Positions 11,540 to 23,653 of a stretch of DNA of 64,000 bases are shown in pieces (position 1 is the stretch's first letter; each line of letters starts with the position of its first letter). The notes under the pieces are model-generated. The model was not told the origin of the DNA, made no database searches, and worked only from the letters and a program-made list of their open reading frames with translations. The translations under genes were made by a program, and so were the position numbers. Source of the stretch: Macrostomum hystrix (taxonomy: Eukaryota > Animalia > Platyhelminthes); contig CATNEN010000007.1 in the NCBI GenBank assembly GCA_950097015.1, positions 6,696,001-6,760,000 on the forward strand. Reading direction: 5' to 3'.

Positions 11540-11865
11540 GCATGCAAAATTCATGAGGCACCCGATCAGGTCAAGCACGATAAAACACTTGCTCAGATTG
11601 AAGCAATGGCACGGAGCTGCAGCTGGGCGCAAATCGGTCACAGCTTGGGCTTCAGCGACTCCCAAGAAGGCTGTCCAGGGGACTCCGGCCGGTGGCGTCC
11701 TCAGCTGCCGGCGTGTCGACCCTCAGATCCCGGAGCAGCAACGGGTCATTGGGACAGCAGCAATGGGCGGGCTGATGGCACATTCAGCTCGGGTCGATGT
11801 TGAGAGGCTAGTCGCTGAAGTCCAGTTTGAGCAGCTCCGGCGGGAAGGAAAATGAGTGGAGACTG
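11540..11865 (-). pseudogene. Decayed duplicate of the H1 terminal Pif1 helicase exon
   Basis: cattttcc..ccggagctgctcaa..., cccgttgctgctccgggatctgagg...gaggacgccaccggc aligns at DNA level with the TNFPPELLN...TRLLLRDLRD...EVATG coding sequence at ~12770-12960. Confidence 0.6.
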
Positions 11866-12169
11866 TAAAGAGCGGATCAAGTGTTCTAGGGCTATAAAAA
11901 TGTATGTTCATTAAAAAAGCCATAAAAATGTGAGGCTTGATCTGGTGCAAACAAATGAATAGAAATTATTAAGAATTTATCAGTCTGGCCTGCAGCAGGG
12001 CGTTTGAGATGTTAATTTTAAGTTCAAATGTCATTATTTACATTGCATTTGAAGCATTATTTAGTCTTAAATTTTTAGTTTGAACGTGCAAATCATACCT
12101 AAAATAGAAATGACATTATAGATATTTTACTTTTGGCTGAGCTGCAGCCCAGACTTATTAGTATTTACA

Positions 12170-12390
12170 AAGATGACAAATCCGGCAAAAGAAGGACACG
12201 AACCCGGTCACTTCGGCGCGCTGCTTTGCCTGCGAGGGAGCTGTCGCAGGTCAGTGTTGCGCGCCGCGGGATGAAGGCCGACCGCCTTTGAAACTGGGCC
12301 GCAGCGACCACGGCGAGCAGTCCATTGTCCCGCAGATCTCGATGAAGTAACCGGGCTTTATCGTCAGCGGCGATGTCAGAAGTTGCGTGC
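12170..12390 (-). pseudogene. Second decayed, internally deleted duplicate of the H1 Pif1 exon
   Basis: Manual translation RLLHRDLRDNGLLAVVAAAQFQRRSAFIPR versus RLLLRDLRDNVLLAEVATGIYRGRQVFIPR in 12464-13201. Confidence 0.7.
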
Positions 12391-12463
12391 TAGGGTGAGA
12401 AAATGAAGTCAAATTGAGTATGAAATTGAGTATAAAATATGTAGATTTTGATTGGTAAGAGAT

Positions 12464-15400
12464 TTAACAATTCAACTTACCAATGAGCTGCCGCAGTACG
12501 ATGTTCTGCGTCCGACCGCCTGGGGCGCGCACCTTGACGCCCGATGCACTTCGCGCACGACTCAGAGCCACGTAGAGCTGGCCGTGCTGAAAGCAGGCCG
12601 TCGTCAGGTCGACAGCGTAGGTGCTCAGCGACTGGCCCTGGCTCTTGTGGATGGTCATGGCGAAGCATGGCCGGATTGGAAACTGCAGGCGGCGGAACGT
12701 GAAGGGCAGCTCAGTAGGACTCGGCTCCTGTGGGATTCGCGGAATAAACACCTGCCGCCCACGGTAGATGCCAGTGGCGACCTCCGCGAGCAGCACATTG
12801 TCCCGCAGGTCTCGCAGCAGCAGCCGGGTTCCGTTGCACAGCAGCGGTGGGTCGAGGTTCCGCATCATCATGACCGGCATGCCGACCTTGAGCTCCAGCC
12901 GGTGATGCGGCAGGCCGTTGGGATCAAGTCGGTTCAGCAGCTCCGGTGGAAAATTGGTAGCTGCCACATCGTCGTTCGGAATCGAATCGACTGATAGATA
13001 AGCCCGACTGTCTCCAGGAAAGAGCGCCAGGCAGGCGGCGTTGGTCTCGTCTACCGTCCTGTTGAGCGGCGACAGAATGCTCCGCTCCGCGAACATCTGG
13101 TCACGGTGCGGGCTTGGCTCGAACGACGGGTAGACGTGCCGGATGAGCTGCTCAGTGGTTGTGTCATCAGACATGAGAATCTCGCTAGGCAGGGAAACCA
13201 TGCCCTCTTCGTCCTCTGGCAGCTCTCCGTTGCCAACCTAATGGAATTGTGGAATAAAAAAGACATTTCACGTTCCATAGAATTATTTATTTAATAGTGT
13301 CCGTAAGCATGCAGAAATGGATTAAGCAAAATATTGTAGTTATTCGGAAATTAGTTTTAGAAAGTAGATTATGAATGAAACGCATTAATTTAAAAGTTTA
13401 TGCAAAATAGTGAAGGAATTATTTTCTCACCTGCATAAGAAAATCTGCGTAGCTTTTGGCATCAGAGTCGCTCTCGAGCCGCAGAATTCTTGTCAAATGG
13501 TGCTGCTGGAAATGTGGCCACAAAGCCGACTGAGTCAGGCAGGCGTCGATCGTGTTCGCCTGCGTTCCTCCGGGCACCACAGCCAGCAGCTGGCGGAAGT
13601 CGCCGGCTAGCACCAGCAGCGCTCCTCCGAACGGCTGCTCGACCCGCAGCAGATCTCGCAGAGACCGGTCCACGATCTCCAGGTCCTTGCGGTGCGTCAT
13701 CGGTGCCTCGTCCCACACGATGATTCGCGCGTTCCGCAGAATCTCTGCGAGCTTGCTCCGCCTGCCGATGGAGCAGAAGGCATTGTCTTGCCGAACTGCG
13801 CAGACGGGTATCTTGAACCTGGGCGGAGGGGATGATGATTCGGGGGTTGAACAGCATAGTGCAATATGAATGGATTAGGAAAAGGAGGCAGATAAAATAT
13901 GCAAGCAAAAGCGCCAGCAAAGCAGCAGTAATAAAACAATACTTAGATAAAGAATTGCGGCTCACATTGAATGTGCGGTCCTGCCACCGGGAAGAATGGT
14001 CGCCGCAATTCCAGATGATGCCACGGCTACAGCAATCTGGCGCTTCGCTCGAGCAGAATTAAGCAGAAGCGTCAGCAAGAATGTCTTGCCCGTGCCGCCG
14101 GGAGCATCGATAAAGTGCAGGCCGCCACCGCCGGCGTGCATGCTGGACTGAATGGCGTCGAAGATCGCTCGCTGTTCGCCAGTCAGCGTGCCGATTTGCG
14201 CCGTGACTTCTGCCTGGAGCTCAACGGCTTCTTCGTTTGTCGGCAGGCAGTCAGTCAGTTGGTGAGTCTGGGAAAGTGAAAGGAAAGAAGTTAGTTATAG
14301 AAGATATTTTTATATCAGTTCAGCAATGAAAAGAGTAAATAAAGTAAATAATTGGAGTATTTCCAAATACATCAATAAGAAATGAAATGACAGAAATAAT
14401 GCTCTCATAAGAATAAGCGCACTTGCCTGATCCGGCTCTGACCGTTGGTTAGGCAGGCAGCTCGGATCCTCCCATGGTCTCCAGCAAGTTCTCCAGCTGC
14501 CGCAGCACCTCGGATTCGGCAGCTTCGGTGCTGTAGCCCTCGTGCAGCAGGTCGCCAGCCATCTCACTGGAGAACTCGCGCCACAGCTTCGGTGGATCGC
14601 TGGGGTCACCATGGGTTAGAATAGCCGCGAAAAGCCGGCGCAGAGCTGCTGGCAGCCGCGTCTCCGCAGCCTCGCGCATGCACAGCTGCCAGTGCTTGTC
14701 GTCTTCCAGCAGCCCTCTCGCCTGGCAAGCGGCCTTGAAGGTCGGCTGTAGGACGCCATCAACAGTGCGCAGCGCCTCGAATGACGTCGGGCCGCGCACG
14801 TTCACCAAGAGCAGGCGCAGGTAGAAACAGTCGCCCATCCGAGGGCTGACTGTGTAGATCCGGCCGATATTGCCGGTCGTCAGAACGCCAGCTGGCTGAC
14901 CGGCAGTCTCTCGGCCGCGACCTGCGCGATGCCAGGTGTGCGCCCTTTTGTCCCAGGTGAAGTGCCGGGGCACCTCTTGGTAGAGCAGGCCGCGGGCGAC
15001 TTCATCTTGGCGACAGAGCTGGCAAGGTGTATGAATGGGTCATGATATGAATTATTATAGTAAAAAAACGGAGTAATGTTGATTAACTCGAAGCATTCTA
15101 GAATAAGCATTGCCTTCAAAGTACACAGATATAAGCAGAAGCAACAGTTGGCTGAAAGACTTGCATCAAAGAAGGCGGTCAGAGTCGTGTCTTTAGGCCG
15201 AGCAGCAACAGCCTGGGCCGTCTCGCGAGTGAAAAAGACCCGCTGCTCGTCCTTCAGATGGACGGCGAGTCTTATCACAGGGGGGGTATCGGCTGTGCAC
15301 TTCAAAGCCCAGGATCGTATTGACCGCTTCCATTGGACCGATGTACCTGCCCAGAAGGTAGTCCTTGATCTCGTCAACCATCTTGCCGTGCGCCGACTGA

Positions 15401-17409
15401 CCGACAGTAGGGGCAGCAGTGCTGGCTGACACAGATGCAGCCTCTTGTCGGACTTGATAGGCAGCCATGTCGCTACCCTTGGTGATGTATTTAACGACAT
15501 ACTTGATCGCCTTGACTGTCGCGCAGATCTCGACATTAAGGTGACAGCGAAACTCGCGCAGCAGCGCTGGGCAGTACGGAACCACCCAGCGGTTGTCGAA
15601 GGTGAAATTCGCCTTCTGACCGCCGCGCAGCTTGGCCATCTTTGTCACCGAAAAGCCGCCCAACTCGACAGATCTGCGGCAGTAGTGCGGGTAGCCGTCT
15701 TCTTCAATCCTAGTGGCTGCTAGGAATGCCCTCGGGTAGCGTTTGCTGCAGACCCCGTTCTCCATGCACGGCGCCGCCGGGTTGAGCTGCTGGCCACACG
15801 GACCATGCAGCAGATTCTCGGCGACTAGCTTGTGCAAGTCCGCGTCGGCGACTGGGTCCGGGATCTCGGCGCTGATGATTGAGTCGTACTGGTCCGGCTT
15901 CAGCTTGTCGGCCAGCCACAGCAGAGCGTGCACGTGGGGAAGACCTGTTTTATTTAATAATTTTTAGTGCGGAATCACGGATTAAATATTGAATAACCTG
16001 TACTGTATTACACGCCAATTAGTAAATAAACTGCTTATATTTCACTTAATTATAAGAACATATCTTTGCCCCTACCTCGCTTCTGGTACTCGAGGGCACA
16101 GACTCGAGCCAGCGTGTCCCCGAACAGATTCTTCAGCCTGTTGAGGAAGGCCTTCTTCTTCAGCTCGAACACCCGGGCGGTGATGTCCGGCCGATCGACG
16201 GCAGTCTGGCCCGGAAGCAGCTCAGCCAGAATCTCGGGCCACTTGGGGTTACACGTCATCGTCAGGAACAGGTCTGGGCGGCCATAGGCGTGAACGTATG
16301 CCATGGCATCCTGCTGACGCTCAAGACGGTAACGTGGGCCTCCGACGTAGCTGGAGGTCAGGATGATATGCTTCCCGACTTCTTCCGGGTTGCCGTCGTC
16401 CTCGTGCAGCGCGTCTCGGAGACCGCGAAGACTCTCGGACTGCAGGTCTTTCTGGTGCTGCCGAATGAAGCTGAGGCGCTCGGATTCGATCTTGGCAGCC
16501 TGGTCCACCAGGTACTGCTGGAAGAGCCGGCGACCGTACAGCAGGCTGTTGAACTGGCCTGGCCGCACCTGAATCATGAAGGCGTAGAACTTCATGTTGG
16601 TGATGCCGCGATCCTGCTTGAGCCCAATGTGCCAGCCGTCCTCACCGAAGGGGAATAGGAGCACATACTCCAACGGATCATAGGAGCGGTGGGTCTCGTA
16701 GATATCTTGCAGGCCTGCGAATGAGTAAAAATAGAATTACGAAGTACTAAGGAAATAATCAAGAATCTGGAAAAGAATTAGCTCTAGGGGAGAAAGAAAT
16801 TTTGCGGCTCCTATAAATTAATTGCAGCTATTTCATAAAAGCCATAATTGCAGTAAATTAACAATGTGGCTGTCGATGCCATAGAACTCACCACCATCTC
16901 TCAGACGCAAGATCACATCCCGTCGCTGCGCCTGGATTACGCCTTCATCATCGCCAAGGTCCGTTAGGATGCCAACTTCACTGCACTCGGGCAAGTTGAA
17001 GCGCCGGACATGCTCCCCAGATGGGCGGGCATCTGAGTTGAACACGACCTTGGCGTTCTGCAGCTGCGGATCGCTGCGCAGCAAGTCGACTGCGGACTTG
17101 AAGCTGCGCACGTAGCTGTTGCAGTCGTGCAGAGTTGCCTGCAGTTCCGCCAGCAGACGGCTATTCAGCCCGGTGGCCCACTGTAGTCGAGTTTGCAGCT
17201 CCTCGTCTACAAAAAAGACCTGGCAGAACCGAGCCGGGTCCCCCGGGTTCGGCAACAGGCTGCCGATCCGATGGTGCATCTGACCATGGAGGATGAAGCT
17301 CGGGTTCCAGCCGGGCTGCTCTCGCTGTGCGGCACCGAGAGATGTCATGTGGAGGGCGCCGTTGTACTTCCGGATGTCCTTGAGGAACTGGCCACCTCTC
17401 CGCCCCATT
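12464..17409 (-). pseudogene. Helitron Rep/Pif1-helicase gene of H1, spliced, N-terminally truncated, frameshifted
   Basis: Motifs: GRPDLFLTMTCNPKW, EYQKRG/LPHVHALLW (HUH), KYVVKYITKG, DAPGGTGKT, WDEAPM, GDFRQ, FAMTIHKSQGQS, HGQLYVALSR. Introns at ~16715-16891, 15945-16075, 15019-15164, 14268-14426, 13819-13965, 13238-13430. Frameshifts at ~15285 and ~14455. Lacks the Zn-finger/OTU N-terminus of H2. Confidence 0.92.
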
Positions 17410-17757
17410 TTTTTCAAACCGACTGCCAACCCTCCACTGGAGAGAAAATACACTGAACAGATAGGCCGAAATGATAGCGCAACCACTTTTACCGACTCCA
17501 GTTTTCTCAGCTCAAAAGAAAAAAGTGTCCAGAGAAGGTTACGAAATCATTTTTCTGCTTTTTTGAGGATCTTAGAATTTGAAATTTCAGAATTAAAATA
17601 GCCTATAGCCTGACCAGGAAAATTTCCCATTTTCCCATATAAGTTTTAAAGTTGACTTGTCAGTATTCTAGGAGGAGATAAACAACAGACAGACAGACAG
17701 ACAAACAACACGTGAATTTTAGTATATGGATAGAATAAGATGCGGACTAAGTACTCG

Positions 17758-17925
17758 AATTGCAATTTTCTAATGCAAGAAAATTGTAATTCTGCCACGT
17801 TGTTTGGCGTGATTGTAATTTTATCAATCTGCCTAATTTAATTGTACGTTTTGTAATTTAATTGTAACTGTAATTGCAATTTTATCAAACTGCCCAATGT
17901 AATTGCAAGTTTTCGTAATTTTGCC
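17758..17925. repeat. Low-complexity (AATTGT/GTAATT) repeat tract
   Basis: Many tandem or near-tandem aattgtaatt/aattgcaa units. Confidence 0.6.
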
Positions 17926-18189
17926 CTAATTTCAGTGGTCATGTGTAATCTGATCTGTTAACTATCAAATTTTGCTCTGTTTTGTCTTCATTGAGAAAAT
18001 TTAGGGGACACTGAGGGTAAAAAAGGCCTTAAATATATTATTGCGTACGACTTAAGGCCCGCTGACTTAAGAGGCCAATAAAAGGGAAAGAAGATCAGTC
18101 CCGAAATAGCTGCAGAGAGAATGTCAATGATGTCATCACGACTCTAATTCCGATGAAGACAATCGATGGGCAGCTCTTCGCTTGCTTAC

Positions 18190-20160
18190 TGTACTTTCCT
18201 CACCCACAGTTGAAGGTCCAGGACTGGTCACTGAACAACGCTTGTTCGATTGCTGCTTAAGACTAGTATTGATGTCCTTCAGGTAGAGTCTCACTCGTTC
18301 TTCTATATCCCCCAGGTCAGGTGGATCGTGAAATTTGTTGCTAATTGCACCTTTGATGGGCGGCTCAAAGACGTTGCGAAAGGCCAAATTTCCTTCTTTT
18401 CCGGTTCGTTTGAAGCAGCACAGAAAATAGATAGCACGAGGATTTTAGTCATTTGAGTAACAGATTCCCGGTATCTCGACCGACGTGCGACCGAAGATGA
18501 GATATTAGTTTCTTCTTAAACCGTTCATCGGCCTGAATGTGTCGTTCAAAATTGTCATACTCTTCTGGCGGAATCGGCAGTCAAAGCAGTTGCAGTTACG
18601 GTCTAAGGCATTCGAGAATGAACGAATTTTTTTAAAGTCTGACTTACAAATCCAAAAAAATTTACCAAAAGCAATCGAACTATCATATCTGAGGCAAAAA
18701 AGTATATTCAAAGCAAAACTAGACTTCTAGAATTCTAGACGTGACTTCTAGACTTCACATAGTAGCCTATGTGCAAAGAGGATGATTGATACAGAAAGTC
18801 ACACAAGCTGCGCATGAACTGCAAAATTGTACTGGAGGCCAAGTTCCCAGAAACAGACTGAACAAGTACAAAGATGCTCCCAGCGATCTGAATACAATTG
18901 TTTGGAGGAGAGTCGGACACAGACATTCCGAAAGCTTCAGCGTAATCCAATTTCGCACAGAGCAGCAAGCTGATTCATAGAGTGGGCAAAAACGAATCGA
19001 GTTGGGTTAATTCGCCTTTTAAAGATGCCAAAAAGATTCAAAATTAATTGCAGAGTTACAAATCAAGTGGGTCATACAGTTTAACAAAATGATGGATGTG
19101 AAGAAGCACATGAACATTATAAATCGGCGAACCAAAAAGCGTTTACGGCAATTCGACCTTGGACGAATTGCTGCAGACAGAATTCCGCAGAATCATAAAG
19201 GTCGGTATGACCGCCTACAAACTATGAGATGGAAAAGTGCAGCAGCGAAAAGCGACGAAAATACTTTTGTGGAAGTACTTTACGAAAAGCAACAGGATAC
19301 AAGATTTACAATCGAAATTCAGTGGCCTTGAAATGTTTAAGTTTTTCGTAAAAACTCAGATGAAAAAAAGAGCGCAAATTCGTGACTACATTACACATGT
19401 TGCTAAAATCCTCATTGCTCACCTTAGACGAAAGACGGAGAACTTTTGGTTTTCAAAAAAATAGCAGTGCATTAGCTTCTTTACAACTCCTAGGCATACT
19501 TGATGCATATACTCCGGTATTAAACCAGTGAGTCGAAGCCAGGCGGTGTGCCAACTGAAATTTTATTTAATGAGCGAAACGAAGGCAATTTAAAAGAGAA
19601 ACACTATTCATTGTGAATTAAAAGCAGAAGCATTGGCGCAAAAAAATCAATAAGCCTATCGGAGAGACGCGCCGGCGCACAGCGCGCCACACTAAATAGG
19701 GCTGGGCAAGGCCAACCCCAAGAGGGGGGCGGCCCCGCGACCAGGCAACGTACATGCACCCCCGCACCAATGCACAAGCCCCCAACCCCCCGGTGTAACC
19801 TCCAACCAAGCTACGCTCGGTCGGACCACAAAAGAACTCATCAGAGGAACGACACCCGAAAGAAGGGACTTGCTTAGCTGGTTGCTGTCTTCTCCCTGCT
19901 GGTAACATTGATCGCTTCTAAGAACAAAATCAGTATCATGAAAAGTCACACGATTCGAAACACAGGTTCCATGAATGCGACAGTAGCCACAACCGTCATA
20001 GCCAGTATGAGACTTATACACTGAATCATACTCCTAGCAGAAGCATCGCAAATAAAAACAATGGAACGAATCTTGATTGTGTGGCCACAGCAAGACACAC
20101 CATCAGAGCAAAATTCTTTGAACTCGCTACACAGCCTACTATGAAAATCTTCCATGCAAG
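18190..20160 (-). mobile_element. Decayed EnSpm/CACTA (CMC) transposon: transposase remnants (~18950-19450, 19830-20160) and a DUF4806-like accessory ORF remnant (~18190-18580)
   Basis: FICDASARSMIQC/KSHTGYDGCGYC...RVTF..RSD and YNVHVLLHIHHFVKLYDPLD...FLASLKRRI are EnSpm transposase motifs. LPIPPEEYDNFE...KKKLISHL...IKGAI...IEERVRLYLKD resembles the EnSpm-associated DUF4806. Many stops and frameshifts. Confidence 0.75.
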
Positions 20161-20826
20161 TGTTGTACCTGTGGTAGCGTAGCACACACAATTGGTAAAA
20201 TAACCAAGACAGGGAATGCCAAGACTCGGAAAGGGTTTTACCGGCCTCAACCTAATGCTTCCTGGCAGTGGAGCAACCGGGTAGTCAGGCTTGTGATTGC
20301 CAAGTTTTCTCGTGAGGGAGGGGAACTTCGCGGATTGGGAATTTTCTTAGTCTCGAGGAATCTCAGACTTACCCCCATAAATAGCGAATCTTCGTCACAA
20401 GGACTGGACACAAAGTGAGAGTTAGAGACAGTTAGAGACAGCGAAATCAAAATAAGGTTCTAACTCCAATTCAAGTAGGATGCAAAGGCGTGAAGAAAAA
20501 CAAGCCTAGGTGTGCAACCTAGGTAGACAAAGTGTACTGCCACAATGCTAACACCATCCCACGTATTCGTCGGACTGTGCTCTACTTATAGCATTTGAGC
20601 AATGTTCTGCCAGTCTTCTTCCGAACCGAAGCGATTGCACCATGGCATGCAATATGAGTCAGTGCGCAGACAGAGCTGGAACGAGAGAGAAAGAGGAGGG
20701 GGTGGTGAGCGGAGGTGAGTATGCACGAGAACCGCAGACTTCCTACTCCCAAGCCCTCCCACAGCACCAGGGCAGCGCTGACTCCACAGATTGCCTGGAG
20801 GCTGCTCAGCAGACTACGGCACATCA
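20161..20826 (-). mobile_element. Solo LTR related to the Gypsy LTR at 24742/33073
   Basis: TGTTGTACC...GCACATCA termini with extensive similarity to the full-length element's LTR at both ends; the middle is divergent. Flanks CAAG/ATAT are not a TSD. Confidence 0.85.
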
Positions 20827-21010
20827 ATATCGAATCCAAAAAAATTCCAAAAATGCTAAAAAATAATGACAAGCGACATAAAATGCAAAAATAAGTCGGT
20901 ATCGAAATACTTTTATTCCGATATTAAAATGACTCGCAGAAGATCGATGCACCGTTCTCGAACGCCAGGTAGTATTTTATCAGGAAATTTATCAACATAG
21001 AATTTCTTAA

Positions 21011-23653
21011 CCACGAGAAGACTGATGGTAAGCAGTGCTTACCAAGGCCTAATTTTACTTCCTGCCGGCTTGAGTAGATAGAATTCTATGGTTAAATTGA
21101 TATTATCGGTTCCTGCCTGCAGTGGTAAGCACAGCTTACCGTGAATATTCTAGATTTTTTCTGACAAGCATAAATTTTAAATTGTACATTCTTAATTATG
21201 TGTTGTTTGTACATCTCCTTTATAGCTTTTAGTTCAAACATTCTATTTTATTCAAGAAGGCTCTGATAAATTTGAATTCCAATATCTTAACTTTCTCGTA
21301 GTATTGTAAAAATAACTAAAGAACAAAGAAGAGCATCGAAACAGCCGATACATCTGTCCAATCTAACTTACCAGCGCATACAGAGGGTACGACTGGTACA
21401 CTATGCAGAAACTATAACTAGCAAAACTAGAATAAATAAATAATAGTCATTAACAAATTTAAGCTAAAGACAAGAGGCAAAAACTGAAAACTTAAGTCAG
21501 TTTGAGTGTTAAGCTGGTCCATTCTGTCGATACTTCAACGCTGCGAATGCCAACGTTGGAAGCAATCGAACAAACAAAGTCCCGGGCATCCTGGACATCG
21601 GCTGCAGAAATAAATTGTGCGCCGGGACCTGGCAGAACTGTAGCAAATTCTGCACCTTTTCGTAGGTCTGGGCTGGGCAGGACGACCTGGGATTTTCTCC
21701 GGAAAATGCTGCTCAACGACTGCAACTGAGCGCAGCATGGAAGCCGGTCGCTTCCTGCCATTTCCAGTTCGCTCTACTAACTCGCGGATGCTGGCTTCGA
21801 GATATTTGATGAAGGTATTCTGGCCACCACACTTGGAGTACAGAACCCAAGCGTTGCGCACCATTTGAAGGCACATATGCAAGCCCAGCTTGTGGAACCA
21901 TTTTGTTGTTTTTCTGCCGGCGTCATAAGGCTGCAGGGTGCCGTCTAGCTTGTCCACACCACCCATGCAGCGATTGTAAGTTAAGACACTGCGGCTCTTC
22001 TGCACTGCCACATGTTGTCCAGCTCGATTGATCTTGACTTTCTCGGCCTTTGACGCAACGTCCTTCGTGTCCAGCAAATACACGGTCTTGACTCCACTCT
22101 GCTTCCTCTCGACAGCCTTCACAATTAGAACTCGTCCCTTCCTCACGAAAGCTACATTATTCGGAACCACCACAGCCTGCCGAAGCTGAGCCGGAACTCC
22201 TCGGTCTGGCCTCACGGTGCCCGTCAGGAACGTTGAATGGTCAATAAGGAACTGGGATAACCTGTATGATGTAAACCAGGTGTCGGTAAATATTCTGTAC
22301 CCTTGGTCCAGAATGTCATTGGCCAGCTCAGCTACGATTCGCTCGCTGAGAGAAAGATTTACACAGTCCTGTGTGGAGCCGAACTTCCGATTTTCTTCTG
22401 GAGTTGAGTGCACTATGAAATTGAAGAGATAAGCAGACTTGGACTCACACAGACAGTACATCTTCATTCCGGACTTGGCCCGCTTTGTTGGAATGTACTG
22501 TTTAAAACGAAGTCGCCCCTTAAACAATATCAAGGACTCGTCAATGCTCACTTCACACTCAGGCCTGTAGTTGTTCTTGCAATAAGCTTGCAGCATATTC
22601 ATAAATGGACGAATCTTGAGTAGTGGATCTGCGCTTGCTTCTTCCCTGCTGTCGTAGAAGCGCAGAAATGTCAGCAGCTGCTTGAATCTATCGCGAGCTA
22701 ACGCCTCGGGCTTCTGAAAGTATGGCATGCAGTGAAATTCATCTGTGCTCCAGTAGTCATGTAGCTCGGACTTTTTGTTCAGGCCCATGTACAGGTGCAT
22801 GCCGACTAGCTTTTTCATCTCGCTTGCGGTGCAGTCCCGCCAGCTAGTCAAAATAGGTGGAAGGACGTCCGTCTCAGGATCCAGCTCCATCAGCATGGTG
22901 GCCACCTTGGCGTTCGTCCATTCAGCGAGACGTTAGAAAAGCTCATCAGAAAGGAACATTTGTAAAAATAAAGACTTATCCAGCTCAACATTGTCAGGAA
23001 TTAAAATGTTAGGATTTAGGCCAGCAGTTCCGGTAAATTCAAAACTTTCTGTCCCTTCATCGGAGCCAGGCTCGACAAGCCGCCAAACATTCTCAACTTC
23101 AGCCGCTTCGCCATCTGCGAACTCCTGTCCTTCCTCGCCTTCAGGCTCTTCCATGATTGGAGGATTGCCATTCAGTGCGTCTTCGATGCCAACCTCCTCA
23201 CCAGGCTCCTCGTCTATTGTTAAGTAGGAGTCGAGGCTCACTTCACTGTCTGAGGTCATGTATTCGATCCCAGAGAGAGAAGCCATGTACTGCAGGTTTT
23301 CAGTGAGTACGCTCGTACTGAGAAATTTAGTGAGAAAAGACTAACAAACAAGATGGTCAGAATATTATTGTAAGAAAGCTTGTCCTACTGTAAAGGGGAC
23401 TTGCTGCGCACAGATTTCTATGGTAAGCAGCGCATACCAAGCAGGCAGCAAGTGAGACTGCTTTACTGGCTAAAGGCAGTAGTGCTGCTCATTTCCTTCC
23501 CGTCTAGTGCATCAGTTTAAGCCATGCTTGATTAGTAAGCCTAGCCGGCAGGAATGGGAGTGACATGCTATGCCAGAAAATATCTATGGTAAGCACTGCT
23601 TACCAAGCAGTCGGAAACAGACAAATGATGGATTCTGGTTAGGCAGGAAGAGG
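21011..23653 (-). mobile_element. piggyBac DNA transposon
   Basis: TTAA at 21007-21010 and 23654-23657, CC...GG ends, shared subterminal palindrome TGGTAAGCAGTGCTTACCA at both ends, and a transposase inside. Confidence 0.88.
21535..23286 (-). pseudogene. piggyBac transposase (~583 codons) with one in-frame TAA at 22933-22935
   Basis: ORFs 22933-23286 and 21535-22905 share a frame. Catalytic-region motifs VSIDESL, FTDTWFTS, MGGVDKLD, and a C-terminal Cys-rich domain CRIC...CSRC...LCLFDCF..WH. Confidence 0.93.

Larger units (their letters stand above)
11540..17730 (-). mobile_element. Helitron H1 (defective); 5' end at 17730, 3' end not located
   Basis: Minus strand begins host-A|TCCATATACTAAAATTCACGTG followed by (GTCT)n, the same 5' pattern as H2/H3. 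Contains a Rep-helicase gene. The left coordinate is a minimum. Confidence 0.85.

Noticed and set aside
7500-11540. 3' hairpin/CTAG terminus of Helitron H1
   Set aside because: Several CTAG sites were checked and none had an adjacent GC-rich hairpin; the end is left undefined.
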